From positions 128,001 to 192,000 of the forward strand of contig JBEIPA010000007.1 of NCBI GenBank assembly GCA_040377305.1: 64,000 nt of DNA, in the 5' to 3' direction. A model generated the notes under the pieces. The model was given only the letters and a program-made list of their open reading frames with translations. It did no database searches and had not been told where the DNA came from. Positions 59,177 through 64,000 of the stretch are shown in pieces. The position numbers and the translations under genes are program-made. Numbering within the stretch: position 1 is the stretch's first letter; each line of letters begins with the position of its first letter. This stretch comes from Flavobacteriales bacterium. Lineage in GTDB: Bacteria > Bacteroidota > Bacteroidia > Palsa-965.

Positions 59177-59947
59177 GTGGCATCTGCAAAAAACACTGAT
59201 TCAAAAGTAAAAAGCATCCTGGTGACTCAGCCTAAACCTGAGTCGGATAAATCGCCGTATGCTGACCTACAGAAGAAATACAATCTGAAGATTGACTTCA
59301 GGTCGTTCATTCATGTAGAGGGCGTTGCCGCACAGGATTTTCGTCAGCAGCGCGTAAACATTGCTGAACATACTGCAGTCATTCTTACGTCTCGCAACGC
59401 GGTGGATCATTTCTTCCGCATCTGTTCGGAAATGCGCGTTACTGTTCCTGATACGCTGAAGTACTTCTGTATCTCTGAATCAACTGCATTCTATCTGCAG
59501 AAATACGTTCAGTACCGTAAACGCAGAATCTTCCACGGCAAAGCAACGATCAACGAGCTTATCGACATCATCAAGAAACACAAGGAAGACAAGTTCCTCT
59601 ATCCATGTACCGATGTACACAAAGAGGATATTCCTGAGATTCTTGACAAGCATAAAATCCAATACTCGAAAGCAGTCATCTACCGCACGGTGTGTAGCGA
59701 TCTTAGTGATCTCGCCGATGTGTTTTATGATGTGCTTGTGTTCTTCAGCCCATCCGGAATTACATCGCTCTACAAGAACTTCCCGAAATTCAAGCAGAAC
59801 AAAACGCGTATTGCTGCCTTCGGTCCTTCAACAGCGAAAGCCGTGGAAGAAGCCGGATTGCGTCTCGACATTCACGCTCCGAAGCCGGGAACTCCTTCGA
59901 TGACGATGGCGCTTGAGGAATACATTAAGGCGGCGAACAAGAAGTAA
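59177..59947 (+). CDS. hemD: Uroporphyrinogen-III synthase
   Basis: ILVTQPKP, IDFRSFIHVEG, YLQKYVQYRKR, FFSPSGI, IAAFG. Confidence 0.9.
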   Translation: MASAKNTDSKVKSILVTQPKPESDKSPYADLQKKYNLKIDFRSFIHVEGVAAQDFRQQRVNIAEHTAVILTSRNAVDHFFRICSEMRVTVPDTLKYFCISESTAFYLQKYVQYRKRRIFHGKATINELIDIIKKHKEDKFLYPCTDVHKEDIPEILDKHKIQYSKAVIYRTVCSDLSDLADVFYDVLVFFSPSGITSLYKNFPKFKQNKTRIAAFGPSTAKAVEEAGLRLDIHAPKPGTPSMTMALEEYIKAANKK

Positions 59948-60055
59948 CGTTCACCGTTCTCAGTTGGACCGTTCACCGTTTTACAGTTCAATCCTGCAAC
60001 TTCGCGACTCAACACTTCTTTAACGGTGAACTATTTAACGCTTTAACAGTGAACA

Positions 60056-60460
60056 ATGGCATTCACGTTCAACAAGCAAGAGAAATTAGGTGGTCTCAAG
60101 TCATTCGAGATACTCACGAAGAAAGGCCAATCTTTTTTCGCGCATCCTTTTCGCATCGTGTGGATGACAAGCGGTTCTGATCAGGAATATCCGGTTCGTA
60201 TTGCGTTCGCAGTTCCAAAGAGAAATTTCAAATCGGCGGTAAAACGGAATCGCATCAAGCGTCTTCTTCGGGAAGCATATCGCCAGCAAAAACACGAGCT
60301 GTATTCGGCACTCGAACTAAAGAGTGTTAAAATAGTAGTAATGTTTATCTACACAGGGAAAGAGGTGCCTTCTTACAGCGAAACAGAGGGTAAAATAATT
60401 CTATCTTTACGTCGTTTGTTAAATGCGATTGATGGAGCAGGCAGTCATCCCAAAGCGTAA
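60056..60460 (+). CDS. rnpA: Ribonuclease P protein component
   Basis: [24 protein letters not shown]. Confidence 0.95.
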   Translation: MAFTFNKQEKLGGLKSFEILTKKGQSFFAHPFRIVWMTSGSDQEYPVRIAFAVPKRNFKSAVKRNRIKRLLREAYRQQKHELYSALELKSVKIVVMFIYTGKEVPSYSETEGKIILSLRRLLNAIDGAGSHPKA

Positions 60461-60686
60461 TATTATCAGTCGGTTTTTTTCTTCGATGATGATTGGGATG
60501 ATTCGATTTTATCAGGCTGCAATATCACCGCACTTAACCCCTTCCTGCCGCTATACCCCGAGTTGTTCCCAGTACGGAACAGAAGCAATTCAGAAACACG
60601 GTCCGTTTAAAGGTGGTTGGCTGGCATTGAAAAGAATTCTTCGTTGTAATCCCTGGGGTTCACACGGACATGATCCGGTCCCATGA
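60432..60686 (+). CDS. yidD: Membrane protein insertion efficiency factor
   Basis: [10 protein letters not shown]...KHGPFKG...[15 protein letters not shown]. Confidence 0.95.
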   Translation: MEQAVIPKRNIISRFFSSMMIGMIRFYQAAISPHLTPSCRYTPSCSQYGTEAIQKHGPFKGGWLALKRILRCNPWGSHGHDPVP

Positions 60687-60748
60687 ATAGTTGATTTCGG
60701 ATTAGTTGATTGAATTGACATTTAACAGAGAAAATAAATCCCAATAGC

Positions 60749-62485
60749 ATGAGCATCATTCAGAAAATCAGAAAAGTTGCGAGAATTGCAGTTATCCCTG
60801 CTTGTCTTGCGTTCGGTGGCGCAATCGGATTTGCCGCAGCAACACCAGCTGATGACAACGACGATCACCTGTTCGAGATTTCCAAGAACCTGGAAATTTT
60901 CGGAACGCTGTTTCAGCAACTGAACAAGTTGTATGTCGACGAGCCGCAACCGGGCGCACTGATGAAAATCGGAATTGATGCAATGCTGGCTTCACTCGAT
61001 CCGTACACACAATTTATTTCTGAAGAGGAAATTGAAGACTACCGTATGGAGACGCAAGGTCACTACGGCGGAATCGGTTCACTCGTGCGTTATGTTGATG
61101 GCAACATGGTGATCGCAGAACCTTACGAAGGATTCGCTGCACAGAAAGCCGGATTGCAGGCAGGTGATGTCATCCTCGATGTAAACGGAACCAACGTTGA
61201 AGGAAAAGGATACGATGCAGTCGGCAAACTTTTGAAAGGTCTTCCGGGAAGCATTGCAGAAGTAAAAGTTCGTCGCCCGGGAGAAAATTCTCCAATGACA
61301 TTCAAAGTTGTGCGTGAAGAAATCGAACAGAAAAATGTTCCGTTCTACACTTTGCTGGAAGGTAACGTGGGTTACATCAAGCTCGAAGGATTCATGGATG
61401 ATGCAGCGAAAGAAGTGAAGGCGGCTTTGCTCGATCTGAAATCACAAGGTGCTACTTCAATCTGTCTCGACCTGCGCGATAATCCAGGTGGCCTTTTGCG
61501 TGAAGCTGTTGCCATCGTGAATTTGTTCGTTGAAAGAAATCTACTCGTGGTAACTATGCGTGGTCGTGTTGCAGAGTGGGACAAAGAATACCGCACTACA
61601 GAAGCTCCGGTTGATCTTACAATTCCACTCGTGGTAATGACCTCGCCGTGGTCTGCATCGGCATCTGAAATTGTTGCAGGTTCTTTGCAGGATCTGGATC
61701 GTGGAGTTGTTGTTGGTCAGCGTTCATACGGAAAAGGCCTAGTGCAGCAAACGATGGGACTTATCTACGGTTCACTTTTCAAAGTAACTGTCGCGAAGTA
61801 TTACACGCCAAGCGGACGTTGCGTACAATCGTTGGATTACTCAGAGCGCAATGAAGACGGATCGGTGAAACGTTTCAATGATTCACTCATTCGCGAATTC
61901 CGCACGAAGAACGGCCGCATTGTTTGGGACGGACTTGGTGTAATTCCTGATGTGGAAATTGCAGAACGCACATTCTCTGTTCTCGCAGATACACTCGCGT
62001 TTAAATCGCACATCTTCAATTACGCAACACAATACAAAATCAAGCACGCAAGCATTCCGAAGTCCAGCGATTTCCGTTTGAGCGATGCAGATTACGACGA
62101 GTTTGTTGCTTGGGTAAAGACCAAGGACTATTCGTATGTAACGAGAGAAGAAGCGGACCTTTTGGAATTTAAGCAACACGCCGAGAAAGCAGGCTCATGG
62201 GCAACAGTATCAACGGAGTTCGACGCGCTGACCAAAAAAATTCAGGCAGGGAAGGCCGACGACTTCACGGAATTCAAGTTTGAAATCAGAACACTGCTCG
62301 AGTCTGAAATTGCATCACGTTATTACTACCAAAAGGGTCGCGTAGGTTCATCATTGAAAGACGACGCCGACCTGAAGGAAGCAACTGCAATCCTGAAGGA
62401 CACGAAACGTTGGAAGTCTATCCTTACCACTGTTGTTCGCACGGAGAAGCCGAAGCAGCGTTCGGAGATGGGCGAAAGACATTAG
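60749..62485 (+). CDS. S41 C-terminal processing peptidase
   Basis: LDPYT, PDZ (YGGIG), DLRDNPGGLL, SASASEIVAG, GKGLVQ, YYTPSGR. Confidence 0.93.
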   Translation: MSIIQKIRKVARIAVIPACLAFGGAIGFAAATPADDNDDHLFEISKNLEIFGTLFQQLNKLYVDEPQPGALMKIGIDAMLASLDPYTQFISEEEIEDYRMETQGHYGGIGSLVRYVDGNMVIAEPYEGFAAQKAGLQAGDVILDVNGTNVEGKGYDAVGKLLKGLPGSIAEVKVRRPGENSPMTFKVVREEIEQKNVPFYTLLEGNVGYIKLEGFMDDAAKEVKAALLDLKSQGATSICLDLRDNPGGLLREAVAIVNLFVERNLLVVTMRGRVAEWDKEYRTTEAPVDLTIPLVVMTSPWSASASEIVAGSLQDLDRGVVVGQRSYGKGLVQQTMGLIYGSLFKVTVAKYYTPSGRCVQSLDYSERNEDGSVKRFNDSLIREFRTKNGRIVWDGLGVIPDVEIAERTFSVLADTLAFKSHIFNYATQYKIKHASIPKSSDFRLSDADYDEFVAWVKTKDYSYVTREEADLLEFKQHAEKAGSWATVSTEFDALTKKIQAGKADDFTEFKFEIRTLLESEIASRYYYQKGRVGSSLKDDADLKEATAILKDTKRWKSILTTVVRTEKPKQRSEMGERH

Positions 62486-62684
62486 GAGACGACAGACAGG
62501 ACATTAGATCCTTGGGCTAAAGCCGCAAGGTTATCAATGGCAAGTGCTTTTGGAGAATGAGCAAGGGGAAAAATGGCTAAGCCATTTTTCCCCTTGCTCA
62601 TATCAATAGACAACTATGGCCGCTATAACCGTGTGGCTTCAGCCCACGGAACCCAAAAGAACTTCCGTCTATCGTCTCACGTCT
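62484..62684. repeat. Three-hairpin REP/REPIN-like element, copy 3 (inverted relative to copies 1 and 2)
   Basis: Arms 62509-62534 and 62625-62650; perfect 21-bp central hairpin 62557-62601. Confidence 0.9.
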
Positions 62685-62774
62685 TTTTTCAGTCCTCAGC
62701 ACAATACATCAGGAATAAATTCGTTCCACCCACTTTTCATTCGGAAACGCTATTTTCGCAACGCACACCTGTAC

Positions 62775-64000
62775 ATGAAAATTTCTTTAGGGGAAAAGTA
62801 TCATCGCTGGATTTACGTCCTGAGCCTGTTCGCTATTGCGTTCGGGCTTTCCGTTTCGAAGGTGGTGATCAGTCTCGGCACAATGCTTCTCGTTCTAAAC
62901 TGGATTTGGGAAGGCGATTTTGCCGCGAAATGGCGTTTGCTTCAGGCCCGAAAATCTGTTTTCGTACTCATCGCCATTTTTGTTTTGCATTTGCCTTCCA
63001 TGTTGTGGACTTCCGATCCGCATGAAGGCTGGAATGACATACGCATCAAGCTTCCGTTACTCATTATTCCGATTATTCTTGGAATGTCGGCACCACTCAT
63101 GAGAAAGCAATTCGAAGCGATTCTGATCATGTTCGGTATCGGCGTATTGATTGCAAGTGTGCGAACGATGCTCATTGTGAAAGGTGTCATCCACAAGGAA
63201 TTCGCCGACATACGTGAAGCATCCGATCTCGTGCCATTGATTCGTCTCGCTTTATTTTCCGCGTTGACAATCATGTTCTGCGGCAGATGGTTCATGCGAT
63301 CGGAGAAGATTGGGGTGAAGATTGCCTGCATCGTCGTTTCTGCATGGCTGTTCTATTTCATGATCTTCATGCAGTCGCTCACCGGACTAATTGTGTTGCT
63401 TGCATCTACAGTGCTCATTGCAATCATCATGGCGGCATTGCATCGGAAAAAGAAAATTCTGTTTGTTATGCTCGGAGCAATAGTTCTTGTGCTCAGCATC
63501 GCAGGATTTTACGTGAAGCGCGCGTACGACGATTTCTATGCACTACGGGGAAATGAATATCCCGAACTGTTCGTATCCACGGTGAACGGGCAGCATTATT
63601 GGCACAACATGGATGTTCCGATGTACGAGAACGGAAATCGCGTGATGGTTAATCTTGCGTGGATCGAATTGGAAAGTGGCTGGAACAAGCGCAGTCCGAT
63701 TCCATTCTGGGGCGGAAGAGATATCAAAGGAAATCTGATTCAGACAACACTGCCTCGTTACATGGCGTCAAAAGGTTTGATGCGCGATTCAGTTGGAATG
63801 GAGTCGCTCACACCGGAAGATATAAAAGCTGTGGAAGGTGGATCAACCAACTACAAAGATGCGGAACGAAATCCGCTCGAGTGGCGGGCGTATCAGGTTT
63901 TCTGGGAATTGTATAACTACACTGCGGGCGGAAATCCAAGCGGTAGTTCCATTGCAATGCGACTTGTGACGAGTGGCGCCGCTCTCAATGCAATCGGAAA
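62775..64000 (+). CDS. O-antigen ligase (Wzy_C) family membrane protein, runs off window end
   Basis: MKISLGEKYHRWIYVLSL...LNWIWEG..., many TMs, QSLTG, NPSGSSIAMRL near the end; absent from the ORF track because no stop falls in the window. Confidence 0.75.
   Translation, partial: MKISLGEKYHRWIYVLSLFAIAFGLSVSKVVISLGTMLLVLNWIWEGDFAAKWRLLQARKSVFVLIAIFVLHLPSMLWTSDPHEGWNDIRIKLPLLIIPIILGMSAPLMRKQFEAILIMFGIGVLIASVRTMLIVKGVIHKEFADIREASDLVPLIRLALFSALTIMFCGRWFMRSEKIGVKIACIVVSAWLFYFMIFMQSLTGLIVLLASTVLIAIIMAALHRKKKILFVMLGAIVLVLSIAGFYVKRAYDDFYALRGNEYPELFVSTVNGQHYWHNMDVPMYENGNRVMVNLAWIELESGWNKRSPIPFWGGRDIKGNLIQTTLPRYMASKGLMRDSVGMESLTPEDIKAVEGGSTNYKDAERNPLEWRAYQVFWELYNYTAGGNPSGSSIAMRLVTSGAALNAIG

Noticed and set aside
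60056-60686. rnpA-yidD without rpmH/yidC as an unusual rearrangement
   Set aside because: hemD-rnpA-yidD-S41 peptidase is the normal Bacteroidota arrangement
28416-62684. Repeat arms with variable spacers as a CRISPR or mini-array
   Set aside because: Arms are inverted and dispersed, not direct tandem repeats; no cas genes

Overview
64 kb of a Bacteroidota chromosome, probably a free-living aerobic Bacteroidia. Evidence: about eight T9SS C-terminal-domain proteins, TAnnTTTG -7 promoter elements, rprXY, and the DUF4271-hemD-rnpA-yidD-S41 synteny. About 52 CDS are supported. They include purF, the kynurenine-branch genes nbaC/nbaD plus gcdH, mscL, a WD40-caspase, an orphan CheB, an ECF sigma operon, a phosphate-starvation-type block (choice-of-anchor I protein, receiver, PlcP-like phosphoesterase, glycosyltransferase, DAG-kinase-like) and a compositionally foreign T9SS/XRE islet. 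I saw no rRNA, tRNA, CRISPR, transposase, integrase or RT. Best candidates for undescribed biology: (1) five secreted, anchorless proteins built from GldM/PorM C-terminal-like domains; (2) a ~200-bp three-hairpin REPIN-like element in 3 copies with compensatory covariation, nested inside heptamer-repeat 'brackets' that also enclose other cargo; (3) three tandem lipoproteins that also carry C-terminal TM bundles; (4) a T9SS lysyl oxidase with intact Cu/LTQ residues; (5) a structured purF leader. All family assignments are by eye from motifs; no searches were run.
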